From a virus (Duplodnaviria; Heunggongvirae; Uroviricota; Caudoviricetes): a stretch of 64,000 nucleotides of DNA. Within the stretch, counting starts at the first letter, position 1, and each line of letters opens with the position of its first letter. The notes under the pieces were generated by a model. That model ran no database searches and was not told the DNA's origin. It worked only from the letters and a program-made list of their open reading frames with translations. The position numbers were made by a program, and so were the translations under genes. Positions 55,799 through 64,000 of the stretch are shown piece by piece. The stretch is from positions 64,001 to 128,000 of the IMG/VR virus record IMGVR_UViG_3300025853_000035, one strand, 5' to 3'.

Positions 55799-57293
55799 CG
55801 GGATACTTCATGTATTCGTCGTTGCCGGGGATGTAGTCCTCCGCACGACGGTTGATGACGTTGTTGTAGAGCTTGCACCGGGCGAGGGAGCCGTCGCATC
55901 CTTGGGTGATCTCGAAGGTGTCGCCAACCGCGATCGCGTAGGACATGCTCTCGAACAAGGTGACCGTGTTCGTGTCGTCCGCATAGTCGGTGATCTCGAC
56001 CACGCGGCCCATATTGCGCCCTGACAGCCACTTGATCGTCCCGCCCTCGTAGGTCGAGACGGAGTTGTAGGGCGGCGGAATATCGACCGGCACGTCCGCG
56101 ATGTTGATCGGAGTGTCGTCACCCGACCCCAGCCCCCAGATGGCCGACTGGCCAGCGGCGGTGAAGACGTGCGAGCAATCCTTGGCGACGCCCCATTCGA
56201 GGTTGAAATAGGCCGTGCGGGCTTGTGCCAAATCCTTGATGCGATCGACGGCGTCGATGTCGTCGTCGGTATATTCCAAGGTGAAGGCGGTCGGCGCTTC
56301 CTCGAATCGCGAGGGGGTGATGATCTCGACGGTCTTCACATCGACCGGAGTGTCGAAGGTGAAGATCAGGCGGATGTCCGTCATCTCAGTGACGGTGTCC
56401 GGGATCAGCGTGGTGCGCCAGCCCGTGTCCATGCGGGCGTCGCGCGCCTTCTTCGGGCCGCGTCCCTTGACGATCTCCTTGTAGGTGCCCTCGTCGTAGT
56501 CATACTCGCTGGCGTCATCCACCTCGTTCAAGGCTTTCTGGATCGACTTGTCCTTGCTCACCAGATAGGCCATGTCAGTGACCCGGCCGCCTTCGATGAG
56601 ATTACCCTGCTGGTCCCACAGACGCACCTCGGCGATGCCGACGATCTGTCCCAAGGGGAACCCATAAGGGTGGATCGCCCATGTCTTGTGAGCACCGGCT
56701 GAGGTCCCGGTCGTCGGTGCGTCCGGGAGCGCGCTGGCCGCGAAGCTGTCAAAACCGGAACTGGACGTGACCGTCCCGCTGTTGGTGAAGTCAGCGATGT
56801 TGAGCTTGCAGCGGGAATCGCAGAAGTCCGCCCGGCACTCCGGCGAATAGACTTCGATGAAGTTGTGCGACAGCGCTTGGGCGAGGCCGCGAATCTCGGT
56901 GGTGAAGGTGCCGTTGTTGAGCAGCGAGACTTCACCAAACCACCCACGACGGACGCGGAGAATGCCTTGGCTCAGGTCTGCCCAATTGACGACGAAGACA
57001 TACACATCGGCGCGGTTGAACAGGCCGGCGCGCAGATCATATTCGGTCATGCGGTCGGAATCGAGGATGCCGCTGACATCGAGATTGGCGACGGAGAAGT
57101 CGGACGAAGTCGCGATCGCGGTGCGGTTGTAGCTGGCCTCGGCCTCGTAGAGGACATCGTCGATGAAGATGTCGCGGTCGTGGTCCGTGAAGCCGAAGAC
57201 GACACCGTCCCGACGCACGATCTTCCAGCACGAGCAAAGCGTGGTGACTTCCTGATCGAGGTGATCAGAGAGGGCGGCGGAGATTTCTTTCAT
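55788..57293 (-). CDS. Baseplate hub protein (DUF2163/BR0599-like) with inserted domain
   Basis: CWKIVRRDG..FGFTDHDRD; CRADFCD..C; GCD....C..YNN..N. Confidence 0.88.
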   Translation of the reverse strand: MKEISAALSDHLDQEVTTLCSCWKIVRRDGVVFGFTDHDRDIFIDDVLYEAEASYNRTAIATSSDFSVANLDVSGILDSDRMTEYDLRAGLFNRADVYVFVVNWADLSQGILRVRRGWFGEVSLLNNGTFTTEIRGLAQALSHNFIEVYSPECRADFCDSRCKLNIADFTNSGTVTSSSGFDSFAASALPDAPTTGTSAGAHKTWAIHPYGFPLGQIVGIAEVRLWDQQGNLIEGGRVTDMAYLVSKDKSIQKALNEVDDASEYDYDEGTYKEIVKGRGPKKARDARMDTGWRTTLIPDTVTEMTDIRLIFTFDTPVDVKTVEIITPSRFEEAPTAFTLEYTDDDIDAVDRIKDLAQARTAYFNLEWGVAKDCSHVFTAAGQSAIWGLGSGDDTPINIADVPVDIPPPYNSVSTYEGGTIKWLSGRNMGRVVEITDYADDTNTVTLFESMSYAIAVGDTFEITQGCDGSLARCKLYNNVINRRAEDYIPGNDEYMKYPDAK

Positions 57294-57299
57294 GGGGGA

Positions 57300-57911
57300 T
57301 CAGCGCGGCTTGAGTTCGACGAGGGGGATCGACGGCCACGACATCAGTTCATAATCGTCGTGGGTGACCAGCATTTCGTCGGTGTTGAAACGGACCGGGA
57401 CATCGAACTCGCACTGCGCTTCGACCACCGCGTTGGGCGTCAGGCCGGATGCAGAGATGATGCCGGTGGTGGTGCTGATGGCGATCGGGTCTTGCGCTTC
57501 GCCGTTGACCCACCAGTGGACGGTATCGGGCACCAGCTTGAGCAGGGGGCGATCGTAATAGTGCGCGGTCAGCGGCTCGTAGCGCTTGTAAATCTGGAGT
57601 TCGACATCGCCGTCGGTGTCAACCTGACCGATCACCTGCCGATCCAGCGCGAAGTCCATCCAGTCCTTGAAGCGGAAGCCATATGCCTTGCCGCGCCGGG
57701 CGTGGAAGAAATCGAGCACGTCTTCCATCGCCTCGCGGTTCTTGACGCCATAGGAGGCGTCATAGGTGGCGCGAGCCAAGGACCAGTCGATGTTGCGCTG
57801 CTCGTGACCCGAAGCCAGTTCGATCACGGTGGTCTTGAAGCCCGGACCACCGGAGGACCCATAAGAGATGTCCTCCGGGAATCGGACTTCATGGAATTGT
57901 GCAATTTGCAT
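57300..57911 (-). CDS. Distal tail protein (DUF2460/TIGR02217-like)
   Basis: FHEVRFPEDISYGSSGGP.F.T; FF.ARRG...GFRFKDW.D; FDVPVRF. Confidence 0.9.
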   Translation of the reverse strand: MQIAQFHEVRFPEDISYGSSGGPGFKTTVIELASGHEQRNIDWSLARATYDASYGVKNREAMEDVLDFFHARRGKAYGFRFKDWMDFALDRQVIGQVDTDGDVELQIYKRYEPLTAHYYDRPLLKLVPDTVHWWVNGEAQDPIAISTTTGIISASGLTPNAVVEAQCEFDVPVRFNTDEMLVTHDDYELMSWPSIPLVELKPR

Positions 57912-57961
57912 GAAGATTCCTGCTTGAATGAGCCTGACCGTCTACTGACAATGTCGGTGCA

Positions 57962-57981
57962 TGTCAAGTTAGAATGTCGGT
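57962..57981 (-). promoter_or_regulatory. Conserved promoter element
   Basis: ACCGACATTCTAACTTGACA followed by CACCGACATT. Confidence 0.75.
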
Positions 57982-57986
57982 CAGGC

Positions 57987-60900
57987 TCAGTTGTTGCGGC
58001 GGTAGGCGCGAGCGGCCTGTGCGTGCATGTTCGAGGCAATCTGCTGGTCGCTCTTGCGGAACGAGTTCGCGTCTGGCGTCTGGATGTTGAACACCTGATT
58101 GACCTGCGTGCCCTTCTTGGCTGCGCCACCCAGATCAACCGGGACCTTGCGGCCACGGCTCAGCGGAATGACGGCCTCGTTGTCGTGCAGGACGGCCGGG
58201 ATGCCGCCGCTGGTGTTCGCCGTGCCTTCCTTGTAGTGAGGGGCATTGACGAACATCGACGGGGTCGCGAAGCTCTTGGTCACCGGCGAACCGACGATAC
58301 CACCTTCCTTGAAGCCGCCCAGATAAGCGCCGCCGACGGTGCCGGCGATGGTGCCCAGAGCGCCACCGATAGCCGCGCCGGTCTTGCCGCCGATGGCCTT
58401 GCCGAGCGTGCTGCCCAGCATACCGCCAACAGCGCCGAGGGTGCTGCCCATACCGCCGCCCGTGCCGCCCGTCATCTGCTGCGCCAGCATCTGGGCGAAC
58501 ATCTGGGAGATACCAGCGATCGGGCCGTTGAACGCTGACGAGAAGGACGCGCCGATCGCCGGCATCAGGCTGGTCAGCGAGGAGCCGAAGGTTTGCGCCG
58601 TCTGGGTCGCAGCCTCGGTCACCGCCGGAGGAGGCGTGCTCGATCCGGTGGTGGAGGTGGTGGTGCCTGCGGCGTTTCCGCCCGTGATCGACGCCACGGC
58701 GTTCACGATCGTCGAAGCCGGGTCGGTTCCCGACACGGCTGCATTGTTCGGAAGGCCGGTGGTCGGGTTGATGGCCGTCTGCTGGCCAGTCGTCGGACTG
58801 ATCCCGTTGACAAGCTGGACCCACATGGCCGAAGCGGCGGACGAACCCAGCGGGGCCGCCTGCTTCGGCTCATACTTACCAAGGCCGATCATTTCGAACA
58901 GCTTGCCCATCGGCGAGGCGGTCCCGTTCTCACGGTCCTCCTTGCTCGTGAACATCTTGGTGATGCCTTCGGTGATCTTCTGCGACGAGGCACGGATCAA
59001 GCCCTGCTGGATCGTGTCGAAGATCGCCTTGAAGCTGAACTTACCCTTCGTTCCGAGATTGAAAAGCTGATCTTCCAGCGACTGGAGGACATTCTTGTCA
59101 AGCTCGTTTGCAGCTTCGCCAACCGACTTGAGGCCGTTGAGGTAGCTGCGGATGCCGTTGTTCTCGAAGAACTCCTTGTTGCGCTTCAACTGGTCGTTGA
59201 GGCTCGACAGGGCTTCGGCCTGACGGACATAGCCCTGAATCTGGGCCTGCGTGACGGATTCGCCCTTCTCCAGACGCGTGCGGACTTCCTCCAGCACGTC
59301 CGAATAGATGCTCTGCTGGCTCGCGTTGAGCATCAGCACCGCATTTTCTTCACGCATCTGGCGAAGACGCGTCGCGCCAAAGGCGGCGTTCTCGGCCGCT
59401 TGAGCCTTCTGGTAGTTGAGGGCCGCCAGATTACGGTTGGTGGCGGCGGTCAGTGCGTCCGTCTGTTCCTTGGTGAGCTTGGTGATGTCGGCGCTGGCGA
59501 GCAGGCGCGTGTTGAACTCCGCTGTCGCGGCTTCGGCGCTGACGGTGCCTGCACGCAGACCACGCAGCGTGTCGGTGAAGCCGACGAACTGGTCCTTCGA
59601 CATAAGGCCCTTGGCCCCTGCCTGCATGTCCGCAGCGAAGTCGATGTTCAGCTTGATCGCCGGGCTGTTGTCAGCCAGACGGTTCATCGCCCGGTCGAGG
59701 TAAACCAACTGGCGGTCGATCTGCTTGATCGTCGCGTCCTTTACGGCGTCCTCGTAATCCGCCTGCTGAGCGCGCAACATGTCGATGATGCCTTGGACAT
59801 CCGTGCCGTAACGGTTCTTGAGTTCCGTCAGCGTCTTTTGCGAGATCGCGCCCGGCTGCTCCAGCGACTTGATCAGGCTGTCAGCGCTGACCTTCCCCGC
59901 CTTGAAGTCGGTCTGGAGGTTCTGCGACCACTGCTTGAACGAGCCATCGTTGAGAAGCGTGCGAGCTTCGGAGGTCAGGTCCGCGACATAGTCCTGCGAC
60001 AGCTTCCACAGGTCGTTGGACTCCGACAGCTTACGCATCAGACCATCGACAGCCGTGGACAGTGCCTTGGCTTCGCGCGCGGCCTTACCTGCGCCGTCAC
60101 CCTTTTCGGTCGGCGTGACACGGTCTGGCTTGGTGACACCAGCCGCCCAGCGCTCGCGGTCTCGCTTCATACCATCGACGATGTCCATGGTCGTGGTGCC
60201 CTGCGCCTGTGCGAGGGTGGCTTCGGCTTGTGCAAGGGTGTTGCGGTTGGTTGCGACAGCCGAGCGCTTGTCTTCGACGCTCGGATCGATGCCGCTCCAC
60301 GACGAGAACTGCTCGCCATAACCACGCAGGGTGGAATAGGTGCCGAGGACGCCCTTCTGGAACCAACCACGACCGTTCTTGCGGAGGTTCCGCCCCTGTG
60401 CGAACAACTCGTCCGGCGTTTCCATCTGCGACGCGGTAAGGTTGGCGCGAGCCTCGGTGACTGCCAGCTTCGCCTTCTCGATCGCGAGGTTGCGCACAGC
60501 ATCAGCCTGCGACCACAGGCCGCCGGTGACTTCGTCCATCTTCTGGCGATAGATTTCCATCGCCGTCGTCACGAGACCCATGACGCCACCAAGGCCGGAC
60601 TGCTTGTTCCGTGCTTCGATCGCCGCCGCGTTGTTGAGATACAGTGACGTGGTCACCTCATTGAGGCGATCCTTGATCTTCTTCGATGCCTCTTCGGTCC
60701 CCGTGATCGCCTTGGTGCCCTCGTTCCACTGGTCCCAGAGCATATAGCCCGACGCCGCGACAGCAGCCATCGTCAGGATCACCGGACCGCCCAGCAGGTT
60801 GACCAGCCCACGCAGACCAGCAGCAGCAGCAAGACCAGCGTTGTTCAGCGTCATCAGCGATGCTGCCGTCGCGGCGAAGCTGAGGCCAGCAGCGCGTGAC

Positions 60901-62924
60901 ACGGCGATGGAGGTGGCGACACTGTTGCGGAACGCCAGCATCGAAGTCGCAGCGACGCGAGCATAGCCGCTCAATCCCTGCATCGCCTGCGACGAGGCGA
61001 TCAGGTTGAACTTCTGGCCGGCCAGCATCGCCGAGAAGCTGGCACCGGCCGTGCGGGCAGCGCCGAGCGCGCCGACAAGCTGGAGCAGCGGCGTGACCAT
61101 GAAGCGACCGATCTGGAGGGTGGCCGACATGATCATCCACTTACCCATCAGATTGAGCGTGGTGGACAGCGGTCCCTTGATCGAATCCCAATTCTCGAAA
61201 AGCCAGTTGAACGCGTTGGACAGGCTATCGACAGCCTTCTTCAAGCCCTCGCCGATCGCGGTGGCGTAGCGGTCGATCGCCGCCGGGTCCATCCGGTCGG
61301 TGATGCTACGCAGCAGGTTCGCGAAGGCTTCGTTACCACCGCGTTCGCCGACTGCCTGATAGAACTCGTTGACCTTGTTCTTGAGAACAGTCATCTGGAA
61401 CGAAGGGCGATCCATCGCCTGTGCCATGGCCGGACCGAAGTCCTGCTTCATGCGGTCAGCGACGTGCTTGAGGACGCCCTGTGCGTCGAGCGCCTTTTTC
61501 TTGAGGCCGTCTTCCAGCGTCATCCCCAGCGACTTGGCGTATTCGGCGGCATAGGCCATCGCGCCCGGCAGCTTTTCGTTAAGCTGCTGGTTGAGTTCTT
61601 CGGCCGACAGATAGCCCTTGTTCATGACCTGTTGCAGCGCCAGCCACACGTCATTCTGCCCTGCGGTCGTAACACCGAGAACAGCCATGGAGGTCGAGAA
61701 GCCTTCGAAGATGTGCTGCGTCTGCGAGACCGTCATGCCGGTCTTGTTCGCGGCGATCGCGACCTTACCGAAGCCTTGGGCAGCAGCCAGCGCGTCCATA
61801 CCGAACTTGTTGGCGGTCTGGTTGATGTAGCTAAGCTGCGTGTTCGCGAAGGCGGTTTCCTTGTTCATGACGCTCATCTGCGCCTTGAACTGGATTGCCG
61901 CGTTCGCGGCCTCGAAGAAGTTACGTCCGACTTCGGCGATCGTCAGCGATCCCAGCAGCGATCGCAGCAAGGAGCCAACTTGGAAGGTAGCCGAGAATGC
62001 GTTTTGCAGCCCCATCATCTGGAGCGACGCGCCTTGCGCCTGCGAGCCTACACGGCCGAGTGATCCGCCCAGACCACCGAGGCCCGAGCGGAGTCCGCCA
62101 AGGGACTTCCCGGCGTTGGCTGCGGCGTTTGCGATGGCGTGAAGCGCGGTGGCAACCTGCGTCGCGTTCGGCGGCACACGCATGGAAGCGACTGCCGCAA
62201 CGAAGGATTGCAGGTTACGGATTTGAGCCTGAGTGGGAGCACGGAACGAACCGATCGCGCCGAGGGTCGCGTAGAAGTTGCCCGATCCGCTGAGGTTGTT
62301 GAATCGGAACTGACGCATGGCCATCGCCAACGCGTTGAGGTTCGTGATCTGGTTCGCCGACGGCGCACGCAGGCCCTTCATCGCGCCCGAGATGGTGTTG
62401 ATCCCAGCAGCGGCCGACGAGAGATTCTTGATTCCGGCAAGCGCGTTCAGGCCCGGCGCAGCCTTGAGGCCGGCAGCACCGAACGCAGCGAGATTTTTGG
62501 CTTGGGTTTGCGACGGGGCCTTGAACCCGTTCATGGCTTCGGTCAGGCCCTTCAACGACTTGACCGAGCGATAGGCCGCCGACAGGTCGGGTAGGCCGCT
62601 CAGGGTCGAGAAGAACTTCTTCGCGTTGGCGCTTTGCGCTTGGCTCGGGGCCTTGAAGCCGACCATAGCCGACGACAAGGCGGACAGCTTCTTAGCTGCG
62701 CCCGTGTCGATGTCGATCTTGGAGAATGCCTGAACCGACTTCTTGAAAGCGTTCAGGGCTTGGGGGTTGGAGGACGCCTTGGCGACGCCCTTCATCGTCT
62801 TATCGACGTGAGCTTCGAACTGACTCAGGGACTTGAAAATGCCATCGACAGCCGCCCGGTAGTCGCGAAAACCTTTCGCGACCCCGGTGGTGTCAACTAC
62901 AAACTTCATGCCATGGGTGTCCAT
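57987..62924 (-). CDS. Tape measure protein
   Basis: 1645 aa, Ala-rich helical; LQQVMNKGYLSAEELNQQLNE tape-measure motif; C-terminal GGIPAVLHDNEAVIPL. Confidence 0.93.
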   Translation of the reverse strand: MDTHGMKFVVDTTGVAKGFRDYRAAVDGIFKSLSQFEAHVDKTMKGVAKASSNPQALNAFKKSVQAFSKIDIDTGAAKKLSALSSAMVGFKAPSQAQSANAKKFFSTLSGLPDLSAAYRSVKSLKGLTEAMNGFKAPSQTQAKNLAAFGAAGLKAAPGLNALAGIKNLSSAAAGINTISGAMKGLRAPSANQITNLNALAMAMRQFRFNNLSGSGNFYATLGAIGSFRAPTQAQIRNLQSFVAAVASMRVPPNATQVATALHAIANAAANAGKSLGGLRSGLGGLGGSLGRVGSQAQGASLQMMGLQNAFSATFQVGSLLRSLLGSLTIAEVGRNFFEAANAAIQFKAQMSVMNKETAFANTQLSYINQTANKFGMDALAAAQGFGKVAIAANKTGMTVSQTQHIFEGFSTSMAVLGVTTAGQNDVWLALQQVMNKGYLSAEELNQQLNEKLPGAMAYAAEYAKSLGMTLEDGLKKKALDAQGVLKHVADRMKQDFGPAMAQAMDRPSFQMTVLKNKVNEFYQAVGERGGNEAFANLLRSITDRMDPAAIDRYATAIGEGLKKAVDSLSNAFNWLFENWDSIKGPLSTTLNLMGKWMIMSATLQIGRFMVTPLLQLVGALGAARTAGASFSAMLAGQKFNLIASSQAMQGLSGYARVAATSMLAFRNSVATSIAVSRAAGLSFAATAASLMTLNNAGLAAAAGLRGLVNLLGGPVILTMAAVAASGYMLWDQWNEGTKAITGTEEASKKIKDRLNEVTTSLYLNNAAAIEARNKQSGLGGVMGLVTTAMEIYRQKMDEVTGGLWSQADAVRNLAIEKAKLAVTEARANLTASQMETPDELFAQGRNLRKNGRGWFQKGVLGTYSTLRGYGEQFSSWSGIDPSVEDKRSAVATNRNTLAQAEATLAQAQGTTTMDIVDGMKRDRERWAAGVTKPDRVTPTEKGDGAGKAAREAKALSTAVDGLMRKLSESNDLWKLSQDYVADLTSEARTLLNDGSFKQWSQNLQTDFKAGKVSADSLIKSLEQPGAISQKTLTELKNRYGTDVQGIIDMLRAQQADYEDAVKDATIKQIDRQLVYLDRAMNRLADNSPAIKLNIDFAADMQAGAKGLMSKDQFVGFTDTLRGLRAGTVSAEAATAEFNTRLLASADITKLTKEQTDALTAATNRNLAALNYQKAQAAENAAFGATRLRQMREENAVLMLNASQQSIYSDVLEEVRTRLEKGESVTQAQIQGYVRQAEALSSLNDQLKRNKEFFENNGIRSYLNGLKSVGEAANELDKNVLQSLEDQLFNLGTKGKFSFKAIFDTIQQGLIRASSQKITEGITKMFTSKEDRENGTASPMGKLFEMIGLGKYEPKQAAPLGSSAASAMWVQLVNGISPTTGQQTAINPTTGLPNNAAVSGTDPASTIVNAVASITGGNAAGTTTSTTGSSTPPPAVTEAATQTAQTFGSSLTSLMPAIGASFSSAFNGPIAGISQMFAQMLAQQMTGGTGGGMGSTLGAVGGMLGSTLGKAIGGKTGAAIGGALGTIAGTVGGAYLGGFKEGGIVGSPVTKSFATPSMFVNAPHYKEGTANTSGGIPAVLHDNEAVIPLSRGRKVPVDLGGAAKKGTQVNQVFNIQTPDANSFRKSDQQIASNMHAQAARAYRRNN

Positions 62925-62927
62925 GGG

Positions 62928-63362
62928 TTAGCTCACCTGTTTTCTTGGAGGGGATCGCCGTCCGCCACCGCGAGGCGGGGAGTGGGACGGAGGAGGAGGG
63001 GCTGGGGTGGTTTTGTTTTCCCGTTCCGATTTCTCGACGTAAGCCTTCATCCAAGCGGCATCGAGCGCGTCGAGGAGTCGAAGGAGCCGTTCCCGCTCGT
63101 TGAGCGTGGTGATGCCTTTCAGTCGGCAGTAGGCTTCGATTTCGATATAGGAGAAGGGGAGGTAGCCTCCCATGCCGGCCACGGGGCGGCGGGCGTTTAG
63201 ATCGGTGAAGGCTTTCCACACCCAAAAGAGGTGCGGCGAAAGCACTGGTTCGTCCTCAAGGGTCTTGACCCTGATCCCTTTTTCCTCCTGAACCTTCCGC
63301 AGCCACTCCGAATTTTTCGAAGTGGTGCGGGAGGACCAGTTCAGGTAGGCGATCAGTTTCCC
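62928..63362 (-). CDS. Tail assembly chaperone, -1 frame extension (gpT-like)
   Basis: The -1 frame is open from the GGGAAAC slippery site to 62928. Confidence 0.8.
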   Translation of the reverse strand, partial: GKLIAYLNWSSRTTSKNSEWLRKVQEEKGIRVKTLEDEPVLSPHLFWVWKAFTDLNARRPVAGMGGYLPFSYIEIEAYCRLKGITTLNERERLLRLLDALDAAWMKAYVEKSERENKTTPAPPPPSHSPPRGGGRRSPPRKQVS

Positions 63363-63757
63363 TCGTCGGCCTCGGCCTTGGCGGCTTCGAAGGCCGCGTC
63401 ATTGGAGGCCATGCGGATGATCAGGGCGAAGAAGCCTTCCAGCTTCTTGTCGCTGAACAGCGCCTTGGCGTTATCGACGGTGAAGGCGATGTCTTCCTTG
63501 CCGCCGCGATCCTTGATGCCGGTCCAGCCCTTGACGATGTGTTCGGCATAGAAGCGGACGTTGAGCGCCTTGTTCTCTTCCTCGGTCAGCTTGCCGCCGG
63601 CATTGAGGCGCGGGCTGTAAGGCTCCATCATGCGCTCAAAAGCGCGCCGGGCCTTTTCGCCGCCCATCGGCAGCAGCGTGATCGAAGCCGTGTCGCTCAG
63701 CGGGAACGTCTTCGGGGTGTCTTCGAGGTTACGCTCAAATGCTTCGTAAATATCCAT
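63353..63757 (-). CDS. Tail assembly chaperone (gpG-like)
   Basis: Upstream of the tape measure gene; IVKGWTGI; ends G GGA AAC TGA. Confidence 0.85.
   Translation of the reverse strand: MDIYEAFERNLEDTPKTFPLSDTASITLLPMGGEKARRAFERMMEPYSPRLNAGGKLTEEENKALNVRFYAEHIVKGWTGIKDRGGKEDIAFTVDNAKALFSDKKLEGFFALIIRMASNDAAFEAAKAEADEGN
63356..63362 (-). promoter_or_regulatory. Programmed -1 frameshift site G GGA AAC
   Basis: X XXY YYZ heptamer immediately before the chaperone stop. Confidence 0.82.
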
Positions 63758-64000
63758 GTCGGGTATTCATCCTTGTCGGGGAGGGGTGGGGACGGCCTCC
63801 CGACAAGGCCGCCCCCGTTTCGCCAGCGAAAATTGATGTCGGGAAAGCTGGTAAGGCGGAGGTCGGCTCCGCCAATTCGGTGGGGGCGGTCAGCCGCCGG
63901 GAAGTTCTTCGGGGAGGTGGTCAGCCACCGGGAACGTCTTCAATGAAGGCGCTCCCGGCATCCTCTCGGAGGATCAGCCGCGCCATTACAGCGCGGTGAT

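Overview
64 kb of a large, GC-rich lytic siphophage genome with the gene repertoire of phiCbK-like phages of Caulobacter and other alphaproteobacteria (T7-type PolA, GTA-like tail genes, long tape measure, many tRNAs); host and taxon are inferred, not proven. Layout: (1) 1-7 kb, minus strand: tRNA operons (18 free-standing tRNA or tRNA-like genes), a membrane/ATP-grasp cassette and large protein-free structured RNA loci; (2) 9-37 kb, plus strand: replication and nucleotide metabolism (SNF2 helicase, HD hydrolase, dCMP deaminase, MTase, A1-like protein, PolA, exonucleases, RecD-like helicase, dNMP kinase, three MazG-like proteins, aaRS-like protein, nrdA/HNH/nrdB/glutaredoxin), including an apparently exact 735-bp tandem duplication; (3) 37-64 kb, minus strand: ligase, thyX, lysis cassette and tail module. 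Main finding: each of three sigma70-type promoters in the tRNA region first drives a tiny leader ORF missed by the ORF track. For the two operons fully in the window, the leader is built almost entirely from the amino acids whose tRNAs lie downstream: E/R/F/G/K/D for one and N/I/P/A/M/V for the other. The third leader is built from T/L/H/Q/W/S/Y/C, and its operon runs off the left edge. The three sets split all 20 amino acids with no overlap, and the two complete operons contain intrinsic terminators with candidate antiterminators at the leader stop codons. This suggests a ribosome-mediated attenuation system that switches on phage tRNA operons when the matching host tRNAs run short. A ~1 kb GOLLD-like RNA candidate with an embedded tRNA-Lys-like fold lies just upstream.
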